Under the pieces are notes generated by a model. The model saw only the letters and a program-made list of their open reading frames with translations. It had not been told where the DNA came from and did not search any database. Made by a program: the position numbers and the translations under genes. From Octopus vulgaris (Eukaryota), in NCBI GenBank assembly GCA_951406725.2, contig OX597834.1, positions 42,532,001 through 42,596,000 on the forward strand: a stretch of 64,000 bases of DNA. Reading direction: 5' to 3'. Position 1 is the stretch's first letter; each line of letters starts with the position of its first letter. Shown here in pieces: positions 40,943 through 54,258 of this stretch.

Positions 40943-40995
40943 CATACACATATATATATACATACACACACACATATATCTATATGTATGTATGT
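39470..40995. repeat. (TA)n/(TATG)n/(TATGCATG)-type compound microsatellite region
   Basis: Direct tandem repeats. Confidence 0.9.
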
Positions 40996-41339
40996 ATCGA
41001 GGTTGGTAGATAGATCGATAGATAGATATAATAACATGTATCTGCGAATCTCTGTATTAAGTTCATGATTCAACGCTTAAAATCATTGACAACCAATATT
41101 TTAGATACATATATGTATTATATTGATATCTATATAACTATAATATAATATATTATATCATATCATATCATATCATATCAGAGTATATCGTATTTGATTA
41201 TATTATATTTTATCATATTATAGTTCTGCGTCTATTTTCCATATCCTTCTTTATGTAATACCAGAAAATATGAATACAGATATATGCTAAGTTAGCGCAA
41301 ATACTAACATATACACGCGTCTAATGATAAAATGCCTGG

Positions 41340-41370
<31 letters not shown>

Positions 41371-41803
41371 CATCCATTGTATATGACTGCTTAGAATATT
41401 CAATTTCTGTATATTGTGTTTATCAGTCATGCGAATAACTCCTACGTATTCGTCAATTTGTCCATCTGTCATTCACTGTGTATGTGTGAGTGTGTATATT
41501 TATATATATATATATATATATATATGCTGTCCATATGTCACTGTGCTTCTAATATGTCATTCTACCCGTTTTGTTTAACCGTTTGTTATTTCCGCGGTTA
41601 TTCAATATGTTTAGCTATTTACTTTTCTATCTGTCATTGTACATCTCGACATTCTGTCTACCTGTCTGTATGTAGCTTGATTTATATCTCTGTCTCTTTC
41701 TGTATCTTCATTGCTTCGTGTATTTTTTCTGTATTCCTGGATTTGTTTGTGAATATAGAGTAAGCAGACAGTTACTCTTTACACACACACACACACACAC
41801 ATG

Positions 41804-41844
<41 letters not shown>

Positions 41845-41865
41845 ATAAAATAAAATAAAATAAAG

Positions 41866-41911
<46 letters not shown>

Positions 41912-41967
41912 CATATATATGTATATATGCATATATATATGTATATATATATATATGCATATATATA

Positions 41968-42003
<36 letters not shown>

Positions 42004-42056
42004 CATATATATATATGTATATATGTGTGTGTATATATATACACGTATATACATAT

Positions 42057-42128
<72 letters not shown>

Positions 42129-42129
42129 G

Positions 42130-42425
42130 GTGGAGGCACATGGCCTAGTGGTTAGAACAGCGGACTCGCGGTCTAGCGATCGCGGGTTCGAATCTCAGAC
42201 CGGGTGATGTATGTGTTTATGAGCGAAACACCTAAGCTCCACCCGGCTCTGGCAGAAGGTAATGGCGAAACATCTGCTGACTCCTTCGCCACAAGTTTCT
42301 CTCACTCTTTCCTCCTGCATCTTGCAGTTCACCAGCGACAGACCGGCGCCCCGTCCAGGCGGGGAACCTATACGCCAAGTAAACCGGGAAACCGGCCCTT
42401 ATGAGCCAGGCGTGGATTGAGAAGG
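42130..42425 (+). mobile_element. SINE family C with V-like tail (type 3)
   Basis: Homologous to 23095-23388. Confidence 0.85.
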
Positions 42426-42449
42426 TACTCCCTCGGTTAGGACAGCGAA

Positions 42450-42680
42450 AGTTCCAGTTCATCGGATCAACAGAAGAACCTACTCATGAAATTCACACGC
42501 ATATACCCTTAATATAGTTCTTAGGGAGATTCAGTGTGACTCAGAATGTTGACAAGGCTGACCCTTTGAAATGCAGGTTCAACTCATTTTTGCTAGCTGA
42601 GTGAACTAGAGCAACTTGAAATAAAGCGTCTTGCTGAAGGGCAGTATGCACCGCTGTGAATCGAACTCACAACCTCACGA
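42450..42680 (-). mobile_element. Diverged chimeric SINE (D/E core plus C1 tail)
   Basis: actcatttttgctagctgagtgaactagagcaac joined to a C1 tail remnant. Confidence 0.6.
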
Positions 42681-43159
42681 GGCAGAGAATAGAACGGAAC
42701 ATGTCCAGAATGTGGAATTGTACCCAGTATTGTGGTGAAGCACTGCATGATAAAGGTTCGCTACCATACAGAGCAGGGATGCAGCAAGGTCGATTGATAT
42801 GTAGTGATAGGGTATATTTGAGTCTCTCCTGGGGGTTAAGCGTCCTTGATCAGAGGTTTTAATGGTAGCGAATTCAAGTCTTAATCTTTTGGTCACGATC
42901 ACTCTGCTTGACAGGAGTTCTGGGTTCAACTGACCCTGGCTGACAGTCGCTCGTACTGGACCCTGTCCAGGTTTAAGGATCGCATGCTATAAATAAATAA
43001 TCACACCGCCTCATGTATTCGAACCTATAACTGGAGGTGAATATGCATGGTAAAGTCGACAGATAATTCAGTTTGGTGTTCGGAGAAACACTCGCCCAAT
43101 GAGCTTTACTCTCTAATTTCCCTTTGCATTTCTTTACTCACTGGTAATAGGAAGGACAT

Positions 43160-43632
43160 AAAACGTGTGATTCGATCTCTGTCAGTTGTGATTTGTCTCT
43201 CTTTGAACCAAAGATCTTCAAGGCTTGAGTTTTCGTTTTTTCTATTCAGGTGTAAAATATTTCAGTTACTCTGATCTAAAAGGTCCTTTCTGCATGTTTA
43301 GCCACGATGACAGCAGTAAAGTTGAAAGGGAGATTAGGGTGTCCGTAAATTCAGGATCTCTATAAATCATTGCCTGGTTTGTGCCCTGAAGACGTCGTTT
43401 GGGCGCCACTGTGCAAAACGTGTGATTCGATCTCTGTCAGTTCTGATTCGTCAAAGCTTGAGATTTCTTTTCTTCTATTTAAGTGAAAAATATTTAAGTT
43501 TCCCTGGTCAAATAGGTCCATTCTGCATTTTTAGCCCCGAAGGGAGTTTCGAGTGTCTAAAGCTAGGATCGCTATAAACCATTGCCTGGCTTGTATCTTG
43601 AAGGGATCCTCTCAGCGCCACTGTACAAAACG
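43160..43632. repeat. Diverged tandem duplication (~255-bp and ~212-bp units)
   Basis: aaaacgtgtgattcgatctctgtcagtt at 43160 and 43415; both units end gcgccactgt(g/a)caaaacg. Confidence 0.8.
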
Positions 43633-44432
43633 GCGACTGCGACATATCCAGAGTTAGATTATGCAATCACAGTAGGTGTTATTGTTAACATTCTGATTAA
43701 CTTGTGATATATACTCCATTGCATCTCTGTAGATTTAGCTGTTATGTCTAGTAGGTCATGCAACATCATTGAAGTTCCTTCATTTGCAGTTCAGCATGTA
43801 ATTCGATCTAGTAGAGTTTTGGAGGTAAAATTTTCTCGGCGGGCTCATTACGCCATTTTGATTTGAAATAGTCACTGTATAATGTGAGACCGGGAATACC
43901 GTTCTCCGATAGGACCATCGATTTTTAAGAGAGTTCAATATGTTATGAAGACCTGGCTGCTATATTTAGCACACCGGATGACTTATGCAGAGAGACACTT
44001 CTTGGCTTCTAGATGAGAAGTTATACAAAACAGCAGAAGAATCTATAAATTTATGCGTGTACGGTTTTAGATTATGTATGCATAGATGTAAGATATATAC
44101 ACACGCACACACACACTCACACACGCACTCACTCACACACACACACACACACACACAAACACTGACTCACACACACACAGTTATATGCAATGGAGCAGAG
44201 AATGGCCTATTGAAGCAATGCCAAAGCATATAAACATGTACAGGTTATGGATACATCAACTGTGAAACTTTATAACCAATGTTCTTTCAACCGGAACAAA
44301 ATTGATGCAAGAGGGCGTACCACTTGGAACTCACACACACACACGAGCACACACACACACACGAGCAGACACACACACTTGCATCACAAATATTCACACA
44401 CACACATATATATATATACCTGTATATAATAT

Positions 44433-44464
<32 letters not shown>

Positions 44465-44767
44465 ATGCATAAGTACTCAAATAGTTCTACATTAACAGTC
44501 ATACATACGTGTGTATGCGTGTGTAGATTACGTAGAATATATATAGACACACACGCACAGAGACTTATATACTTTTCCTAGAGAAATTTATGTATATATG
44601 TGTGTGTGTTATTTATATAGATGTGAGGGCATATTTATGGGAGAGTGAATGTGTGTATGTGTGTCTGTATATATACATAAAAGTCCGTTATTGGTAATAC
44701 ATCGACAAGGCTTCATGATCTTACTGTGAAACTTATAACATGCTTTACTGTTATATGCTACATATAG

Positions 44768-45143
44768 ACGTGCAATGTCCCAGTCGTTAAGGCAGCGGAC
44801 TCGCGGTCATAGGATCGCAGTTTCGATTCCCAGACCGGGAGTTGTGAGTGTTTATTGAGCGAAAACACCTAAAGCTCCACGAGGAACGGTAAGGGTTGGT
44901 GGCGAATCCTGCTATACTCTTTCACCACAACTTTCTCTCACTCGTTCATCCTGTTTCTTTCGTACCTGTATTTCGAAGGGACCAGCTTTGTCACACTCTG
45001 TGTCACGCTGAATCTCCCCGAGAACTACGTTAAGGGTACACGTGTCTGTGGAGTGCTCAGCCACTTGCACGCTAATTTCACGAGCAGGCTGTTCCGTTGA
45101 TTGGATCAACTGGAACCCTCGTCGTCGTAACCGACGGAGTGCC
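44768..45143 (+). mobile_element. SINE family C (tail type 1)
   Basis: Colinear with 23720-24109. Confidence 0.88.
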
Positions 45144-45237
45144 GCGACGACATATGGGCACATTTAGAAGAGAAGATTAAGAAATTCGCATCGTATGTAT
45201 TTGCCTTCAGGTTCGATCCAGTTGCGTACGAGAATTG

Positions 45238-45278
<41 letters not shown>

Positions 45279-45314
45279 ATATATATATATATATATATAT
45301 ATAATCTTTAATGC

Positions 45315-45712
45315 AGCTGTGTGATAGAGGCCTGCTTGTCAACAACAGTGTTCCGGGTTCAGTCCCACTGCGTGGCACCTTCGGCAAGTGTCTTCTACTG
45401 TAGCCTCGGGCCGACCAAAGCCTTGTGAGTGGATTTAGCAGACGGAAACTGAAAGAAGCCCGTCGTATATATATATGTGTGTGTATATGTTTGTGTGTCC
45501 GGGTTTGTCCCCGCCCCCAACATCGCTTGACAACCGATGCTGGTGTGTTTACGTCCCCGTAACTTAGCTGTTCGGCAAAAGAGACTGGTAGAATAAGTAC
45601 TAGACTTACAAAGAATAAGTCTTGGGGTCGATTTGCTCGACTAAAGCCGGTGCTCCAGCATGGCCACGGTCAAATGAATGAAACAAGTAAAAGAGTAAAA
45701 GAATAAAGAATA
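45315..45712 (+). mobile_element. SINE family B
   Basis: B box gggttcagtccc, CORE-like motif, internal microsatellite, tail. Confidence 0.88.
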
Positions 45713-45714
45713 CA

Positions 45715-46830
45715 TTACACTTTCATCATCAGACATCTCAGTGATTTGTTTGATGCATTGTCTGAAAGAAGCAAAGTTCTTCGAAGTAGTTCCATCTTAT
45801 TCATGTCTTTTTGTTTGAACTCCATATCAGGACCCCCCAAAAATTTACGTAACCTTGGATTTTTTTGAAGTGTTACACGAATAAGGACTATATTTTCATA
45901 TCACCTGCAATATTTTCTCTCAGAAGTGATAGACGACTATTAAAATAAGTAAAAATAAATGCGCCCTTTTAAAGCCTAGCCAGGCTCATGGGCCCGGTTT
46001 CTCGGTTTCAATGGCGTATGTGTTCCCCCAAGCTGGACGGGACGCCAGTCCATCGCAGCGTTACTCATTTTTTTGCCAGCTGAGTGGACTGGGGCAACGT
46101 GAAAGGAAGTGTTTTGCTCAAGAACACAATGCGTCGCCCGGTCCAGGAATCGAAACCACAATCTTACGATCAAGATGCTTATACCCTAACCACTAAGCCA
46201 CCACGTAGACGACTATTAGAAGCTTTGAATCATGACGTTGCTTTTTTTTTATCTTGATAAATAAGTTCTAGGTAGTATGACTTACAAGTCGAGCGGTTTC
46301 TTCAACATTGTACACTTGCCTTTTTGTAGGCTCAGCAAGAATACTTTCTTTAGCTGCTCAGGATCATAAGAAGTAGACACTGCATCATCATCATCAGATT
46401 CACCACTTATTTTTATGTTGTGCAAATTCAAACAATTTTTAAAGTTTTCAAGCCAGCCTTTACTCGCCGGAAATGGTTTTCGTAAAAGGTTTCACTTTCA
46501 TTTTTCTTTAAATTTATACACACACACTTTCTTTTTTCTTGTTTTTTTCTTTAATTATTATAATACTTATCTGCAAAATGCCTGAAATCTGATCTTTGAT
46601 CCATACACCCAAGAGCCGTTCAAATTTGGGCGTCACATTAGAGCTATGTTAAAAATTTGAAACCGAGCAGTTATTCGAATAACATGTGGAGGACTTGACA
46701 TAATTTTCTCTCAATTGTCACTTGTTATTCTATCCGTAAACGTTACAAGTTCACGTGTTGACAATGTGGTTTATTGTCGCTCTTGCAGGAAGCCTGCTTT
46801 AAAACATCAAGTTTCATGTTCAGTGTTTGA
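45715..46830 (-). pseudogene. pogo/Tigger-like transposase remnant, interrupted by a SINE
   Basis: TLNMKLDVLK; KRLLGVWIKDQ; PFPASKGWLENFKNCLNLHNIKISGESDD (CENP-B-type HTH motif F.AS.GW..FK). Confidence 0.7.
45943..46205 (-). mobile_element. SINE family D with 13-bp TSD
   Basis: TSD tagacgactatta at 45930-45942 and 46206-46218; homologous to 24379-24621. Confidence 0.88.
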
Positions 46831-47157
46831 AGGTGGTTAGAGATACGAGCTCACAATCATCAGGTAGGGATTTCTAATCCCGGACCGGACTGTATATCGT
46901 GTTCTTGAGCAAGACACTTTATTTCACATTGCACGATTTCTCTCATATATAGAAATGAATTGCGACGTCTCTGGGTTCCAAGCTGTATCGGCCCCTTTGC
47001 TTTTCTTTTGGATAACATCAGTGGAGTGGAGAGGGGAGACTGGTATGCATGGGTAACTGCTGGTCTTCCATTAAAAACAAGGCCCAGACATGTGCTGCGG
47101 AGGGAAACATTCTGGGTGCAATCCGATGGTCATTCCTGACCGTAGGGGATCTTTACC
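46830..47157 (+). mobile_element. SINE family E
   Basis: tRNA-like head, gttcttgagcaagacacttt core, and tail gctgtatcggcccctttgc shared with 49170-49463. Confidence 0.8.
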
Positions 47158-47570
47158 CATGTTCAGTACAATCCTTCAACGGATCAATTCCGCTGTACAG
47201 CCTTCAATTCCATTTCATAGCTTCTTTCAAGCCATTTTGCAAACAAGGTAAGCTCAAGTGCAGAGGTGACCAGCAATTATCCTCAACAGATATGTGGTAA
47301 AGGAATGTTTTGTGAAAGCAAAATATGGCGTCTCATTCCAGGGGAAGTAAGAAATGGAAATGGAAATGAAATGAAGGAATGAAGCTGGTGGAAGAACTGC
47401 ATGGGTAGAGTTTGTTGAAGCGTCGCCATGTTTCTGGTCACTCGCAATTCCATCATGAACCACGAAAACACCACATTCAACTTTCTCTCCTATACACATA
47501 CACACACACGCGCGCATACATACATACATACATACATACGTGCGGGTACTAACACATACACACGCACACA

Positions 47571-47615
<45 letters not shown>

Positions 47616-47975
47616 TAGGACCGATACTAAAACATACTGTATCCACCTTATATGAGTATACATTCGTATATATGTGAATGCGTATGTACTATGTAAAGGC
47701 AAATTCATGTAATTATATATATATATATATGTCTCTATATATAGGCATATATATATATATATATATATGCGTGTCTGTGTGTGTGTGTATGTCTATATAT
47801 GTATCCTATGAGAGATACCTCTTATGTATTTAAATGTACACTCTATTTATATGAAGAATATATAGTCTATTGACTAATTTTTCTATACGCTAGGCTGCTG
47901 GTAGTGTAAATTTCTAAAATCTTTATTACCCTGATATTATTGATACGTCTCTCTCTATATATATATGTGTGTGTT

Positions 47976-48052
<77 letters not shown>

Positions 48053-48081
48053 GTGAGAGAGAGATTTACATTGATGTATAT

Positions 48082-48120
<39 letters not shown>

Positions 48121-48234
48121 TATATGTATCTGAATATATATCTTCATATCTATATAAATCTATTTGTCTGGCTGTCTGGCTGTCTATCTATACATATATA
48201 TATACACATACATATATACACGCATATATTTATG

Positions 48235-48267
<33 letters not shown>

Positions 48268-48348
48268 ATATGTATATATATGTATGTATATATGTATATA
48301 TATGTATGTATATATATATATGTATATATATGTATGTATATATATGTA

Positions 48349-48409
<61 letters not shown>

Positions 48410-48616
48410 GTATATATATATATGTATATATATATATATGTATATATATATATGTATATATATATATATGTGTATATATATACACATAAACAGGTGTAGG
48501 ATCAACGATGGAGCGCGTTTGTTTGACGCTCGGGAAAAATGGAAAACCTTTATAACCTTGAAAGATTATTCTCTTCGACAGGAAGGAATGAGAGGAAATG
48601 AAAGAAACGTGTTGAG

Positions 48617-48657
<41 letters not shown>

Positions 48658-48669
48658 GTGTGTGTGTGT

Positions 48670-48925
48670 ATGTGTGTGTGTATATCTGTGTGTGCCTTTG
48701 TGTCGGTGTTTGTAATCTCACCATCACTTCACAACCGAAGTTGGTCTGTTTTCGTCCCCGTAACTTAGTGGTTCGGCAAAAGACACCGAATGAATTGTGT
48801 CTAGGCTTACAAAGATTAAGTCCTAGTTCGGGGAGGGAAGTCAATTTCTTCGACTAAAACCCTTTAAGGCGATGCTCCAGCATGGCCACAGTCAAAATGA
48901 TTGAAACAAGTAAAAGAATAAAAAA
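48670..48925 (+). mobile_element. SINE family B 3' half
   Basis: gtccccgtaacttagtggttcggcaaaagacaccga...catggccacagtc. Confidence 0.78.
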
Positions 48926-49169
48926 AAAAAATAAAAGAATATATACATACACACATTATGGAATATATCCTTGTTCACAAGGACAGAAGGGACATTTTTT
49001 TCTTCCTGTGGGGTTTGGCTGCTATTTCTAACGCGCTAAAGGGTCCTACTGAAGTTCCATTATCAAGTTTGTGTGATTATGTGTTATATCTTCGTTGCTT
49101 GTTACACAGAACACTGTGTGCAAGCGTGTGTGGGTGTACCTGGCTGTGTTACAGTATAGACATTAATGT

Positions 49170-49463
49170 AAGGCATGGCTCAGTGGTTAGAGCGTCGAGA
49201 TTGCGATGGTGAGGTTGTAAGTTCGATTTCCGAACCGGGCTGCGTGTTGTGTTCTTGAGCAAGACACTTTATTTCACATTGCTCCAGTTCACTCAGCTGA
49301 TGAAATGAGTTGTGACATCACTGGTGCCAAGCTGTATCGGCCCCTTTGCCTTTCCCTTGGATAACACTTGTAGCTTGTATGCATGGGCGACCGCTGGTCT
49401 TCGATAAACAACCTTGCCCGGACTTGTGCCTCGGATTCTAGATGCAATCCTATGGTCATTCTC
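49170..49463 (+). mobile_element. SINE family E
   Basis: Head ggcatggctcagtggttagagcg, B box agttcgatttcc, E tail. Confidence 0.82.
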
Positions 49464-49575
49464 CTCAGTTTAGCCCTCGGTCTACTCTGACTGACCCCAG
49501 AGACAGCCCATCCATGACTATCACATGTATATTTGGAGAGTGCATTTTTAGATGTATCATTCCATTTTCGAAACC

Positions 49576-49975
49576 AGTGGTTGCCAATAGGGGTTCATAA
49601 AGGCCCTGAGGGTCCCAATAAGATTTTTGGGGTCCACGTATCAAAATAGTAATTTGGAGATCCATAATAGCATTTTAAGGGCTCCTGAAAAATTTTGCTT
49701 TATATGTATGTATTGGTATCTATTGCAAGAAACCTCTTGATTTCTGTTATTAGAATAGTTCAACCTACACAAGTTAATGAGTGAAAAACAGATTAGGAAT
49801 TTCGAAAGAAGCATCTATAAAATTAGTTTTATACATCAAATGCACATGGGGGTCCACCAGAACAAAGGGGCCCACGTAACAAAATGCTAAATCTGGGATC
49901 CCAAAAAGTATTTTAAGGAGCCCTGAAAAGTTTTCGCATTAGATTTAATTTATGGGTATGTATTGCAAGAAACTG
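49576..49975. mobile_element. hAT-like non-autonomous element fragment with internal duplication
   Basis: Starts cagtggttgccaa (Charlie-type TIR); repeated ggggtccac subterminal motifs; about 49630-49735 is duplicated at about 49867-49975. Confidence 0.5.
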
Positions 49976-50069
49976 TGGAGGTGCGTGGCTTGGTGGTTAG
50001 GGTGTCAGCATGATGACGATTATAACGATTATGACTATGATGATGATGATGGTGATGATGGTGATGAAA

Positions 50070-50240
50070 AAAGAGGTAATTTCTACTCGCAATACCAGAG
50101 GGCGCACACTCTCCTACCCTGATGTAATCTCCAGGGATACAGGCATCCGGCAACAGGACCTCCGTAATGCCATGATGGACCGTGAAGTCTGGCGTAGCAT
50201 GGCAAATTCCATTGTCTCGACCACGGTCGAACAATGATGA
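50070..50240 (+). mobile_element. 3' end of an RTE-group LINE
   Basis: RGRTLSYPDVISRDTG...DLRNAMMDREVWRSM matches the RTE C-terminal 'A.DR..WR' motif; tcgaccacggtcga hairpin; runs into a (GAT)n tail. Confidence 0.8.
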
Positions 50241-50605
50241 TGATGATGATGGTGATGATGACGATGACGACGGCGATAATGATGATGATAATGACTATGA
50301 TAATGATGATGATGACGATGATGATAATGACGATTATAACTATGATAATGATGATGATGGTGATGGTGATGGTGGTGGTGATGATGATAGTGATGGTGAT
50401 GATGATGATGACGACGACGACGATGATGATGATGATGATGATGATGACGACTTTGATAATGATGACGACGATGATGATAATGACGATGGTGATGATGACG
50501 ATGGTGATGATGATGATGATGACGATTATGACTATGATAATGAGGATGATGATGATGATGACGACAATGATGTTAATGATAATGATGTTCATGATGATGA
50601 TGAAC
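50234..50605. repeat. Degenerate (GAT)n array
   Basis: Direct tandem repeats. Confidence 0.92.
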
Positions 50606-50989
50606 AGGAGGAGGAGGAGAAGGGGAGGAGGAGGAGGACAGCTGTTGCTTCTATCGTTGTAGGTGTTATTGTTTTTGTTGCTGTTGTTGTCATTGTTGCG
50701 GCTCCTACTTTATCAATGTTTATTGTTTTTTCTCCCCCCCCCCCATTGTTACCTGCAAGTGTTAATATTGTTATCAGCGCTGCTATAGTTGTTTAGCCGT
50801 TTTAGTTAGTCACAGACCTACCACCTTTCCCACCGTGACCATCACGTAATTTCCCTAGCGATCTAAGACCCTACCTTATCCATTATACCACATGTCTTCT
50901 AATACGCTGCTCTCTGGTTTGAGAAATATATGGCTGCTCTTTCTAGCACATTGTGTGACCACTCTCATTTCCCCAACTTCTCATTTTTA

Positions 50990-51658
50990 TTCCTCCTCCT
51001 ACTCTCTAACTCTTCCTTTTAGCTTTCATCTCAACCCTTCTCTCTCTCTATCTCTTTCTCTCGCTTTGCTTGTCTGTCTCTGTCTTCCTCTCTTTCAGCA
51101 TCTACTTCCTCCCCCTCTCTTTATCCATCTGTTTATCTATCGCTTTTTCTTGCTCCTCTCTCATCCACTATCTCCGCCCACCCCTCTCTGTCTGTCTCTC
51201 TCTCTTACTCCCTCTATATATTTCTCAACATCTCTCTCCGCCTTCCTCTCACATTCTCTCTCCTCTTCTCCCTCCCTCTCTGTTTCTCTCTCTCTATCTA
51301 TCTATCGATTCTTTTATACCCTTTTATCATTCTGATTACCCCCCCAATACCCTCTTCCCTCTCACTATCCCTGCTACTTTCACAATCTCCTCCCCCCTCT
51401 CTCTCTCTCTGTGCCTCTCCCCCTCACTCTCTTCCAATATCAACAATCTCCTCCCATTCTCCCTCCCCTCTCTATAAATATACTTCGATATTTCCTAAAT
51501 ATCTCCGCCTCCATAGATTTTCACACACCTAATTCCTACCTGTCAGCTTATTCTCCTCCACCTCCTCCTCTTCCAATCCCTCCTCCTCTCTCCTAAATCT
51601 CCCTCCCTCTCTACCTCCTCTTTCTCTCATTGTTTTTCTATTAACAACCTTATTTGTC

Positions 51659-51705
<47 letters not shown>
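50990..51705. repeat. Pyrimidine-rich (CT)n low-complexity tract
   Basis: Direct observation. Confidence 0.85.
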
Positions 51706-51707
<2 letters not shown>

Positions 51708-51851
51708 GCAGTTTCTTGGTATTTTCCTGGTCTTTTTGTTATCTAAATCGTCTCTTTTAATCTCTGTTTCTTTCGCATTCTTTCCACGGCTATTTTTCTC
51801 CTCCCCCTTCTCCCCTCTTCTGTGTGTGCACGTATACGTGGATATGCAGAA

Positions 51852-51885
<34 letters not shown>

Positions 51886-52322
51886 ATGTAAATATGTATG
51901 TATATGTATATATATACATATATATATATATACACACATATATGTATATATATATGTGTATATATATGTATGTATATATATATATACACAAATATGTATG
52001 TGTATGCATATGTAAATATCTATGTATACGTGTATATATTTGTGTATATATGTATATGTTTATATATACGTATGTATATCTGTATTATGTAAATATGTAT
52101 ATGTGCATATGCTTGTGTGTGTATATATATATATATATATAGTTATATATATGTGTGTGTCTGTGTATATGTATGGTGCATGTATATATATGTGTGTGTG
52201 TGTGTGTATGTGGAATGGAGGTGGTGGTGGTGGTGGGGTTCTGTGCATGTGTATCGGAAGCCTTCCTTGTTGTCTTAAGTATCACTTAAATTCATTTTCC
52301 CGCCTCTTCAACTTTCATTCTC

Positions 52323-52379
<57 letters not shown>

Positions 52380-52584
52380 ATTTCTTTCTATCACACTCTC
52401 TCTCTATCACTCTCTCACTCTCCCTATCTCTATCTCTACCTCTATCTCTCCCATAAAACACACGCACGCACACATACACATATATGCACTCCGTTTCACG
52501 CACCTGCCGTTCTCTTCCATCATATTATCTTTCTGTCACTCATTCTCTCGCTCGTTCTTTCCTCTCATTCAGTCTCTCTCTCTC

Positions 52585-52623
<39 letters not shown>

Positions 52624-52943
52624 CACACACACACAAACAAACACATACACACGCATACGTACACAAACATTTATTCAACTTATTTTGTTCACACACCACT
52701 TATATACGCAATCTTAACCCGGACACATTCTCACACTAACTATGCTCACACACACCACACCCACAAACAAACTTTCCCACATACTCTTAAAAATACACAC
52801 ACGCACACTCATACACACACGCACGCATATACACACACACTCATTGCTCATTCATCGACAATGTTCATTCACATACAACCGCAACCTTGACACGCTCATA
52901 CAAGCTAATACGATCTTTACACATACACACACGCTGTCTTCAG

Positions 52944-52992
<49 letters not shown>

Positions 52993-53081
52993 CAATCTTC
53001 ACACATACAAATTTCACACAAAAATCTACAGATTTCACCTGTACTCATACAAAAAGAAAATTTACTTCTACTTACACGTAT

Positions 53082-53129
<48 letters not shown>

Positions 53130-53254
53130 GTAGATACGCACACATACACATACACAAAAAAGCAAAATTTTATACAAGGATGCACGCAATCTACGCACCA
53201 TGCAAAATTTATAGCCCTCACACACACACACGCCAGCCCACACATACACATCCT

Positions 53255-53680
53255 CATAAAAGAGCACACATACACACACACACATGCAATCATAAAATGC
53301 AAACACATACATACACACACTCACAAAAGAGTACACACACAGCCACAAAAAAGTACACACACATACTTACAAAAAGTACACACATTCACAAAAGCACACA
53401 CATACACACACACACTCATAAAAGAGTACATACACAGCCACAAAAAAGTTCACACACATACTTACAAAAAGTACAGACACACTCACAAAAGCACACACAT
53501 ACACACACACAGTCACAAAAGAGTGCACACATACACGCACAAAAGCACACACATACACACACACTCACAAAAGAGTACACACACACAGTCACAAAACAGT
53601 GCACGCACATACTTACAAAAAAGTACATGCACACACAAAAGAACACACACGCACATTCATAAAAGCACACACACACACAG
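53255..53680. repeat. Minisatellite of ~21-25-bp CA-rich subunits
   Basis: Recurring cacaaaagagtacacacac / cacatacttacaaaaagtac / cacaaaagcacacacatacacacac. Confidence 0.75.
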
Positions 53681-53843
53681 GTATAAGGTTTTTTCACCTG
53701 CTCGTCTCACGCTCACTGTTTTTCTCGTATAAACACACACATCCTCACACACATAAGCACACACATACACACACCCACACGTTCACACAGACATACAAAA
53801 ACAAGCATAGATGCAAAGAGACGCAGATGTAGATGTAGAGGCT

Positions 53844-53879
53844 CTGATGAAGGCTGGAGGGTATATCAGCCGAAACGTT
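53844..53879 (+). ncRNA. Hammerhead-like core (stem I not convincingly paired)
   Basis: CTGATGA a ggctg-gagggtatat-cagcc GAA ACGT T. Confidence 0.45.
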
Positions 53880-54210
53880 GTGTTAACAACAAACAAGATG
53901 AGGACAAATATCCGTCTAATGTAAATAATGTAAATAATGTACATAATTCCTCATCTCTTCAATTCAGAACTGTATTATAACAACCTATAGCCCAGAACAG
54001 GTTTTGCCAACCAGAGAAGCTCTGCCTTCTTCAGTTGAATATACCAGCAAAGTCAGAAATCTAGGATCTTGAATTATCCAGTAAAATCTTTTTTGCTAGT
54101 TTATTTTGTCTCTCTGTCTTCTCTACTGGCGCGATATGAACATTTAAGGTGGTTTTAGGGTCAGGGTTTTGACTGCTATTTCAACATGGTGGTATCTCTC
54201 AGATACCCTA

Positions 54211-54258
<48 letters not shown>

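Noticed and set aside
50182-50796. Poly-Asp ORF (and the similar His/Met/Ile-rich ORFs at 11946-12741)
   Set aside because: (GAT)n arrays, the former continuing an RTE tail; no splice or domain support.
2324-53732. Long ORFs rich in YI/CV/HT/MYVC (e.g. 35372-36271, 39432-40232, 52742-53662)
   Set aside because: Translations of stop-free di- and tetranucleotide microsatellites, open in several frames on both strands.
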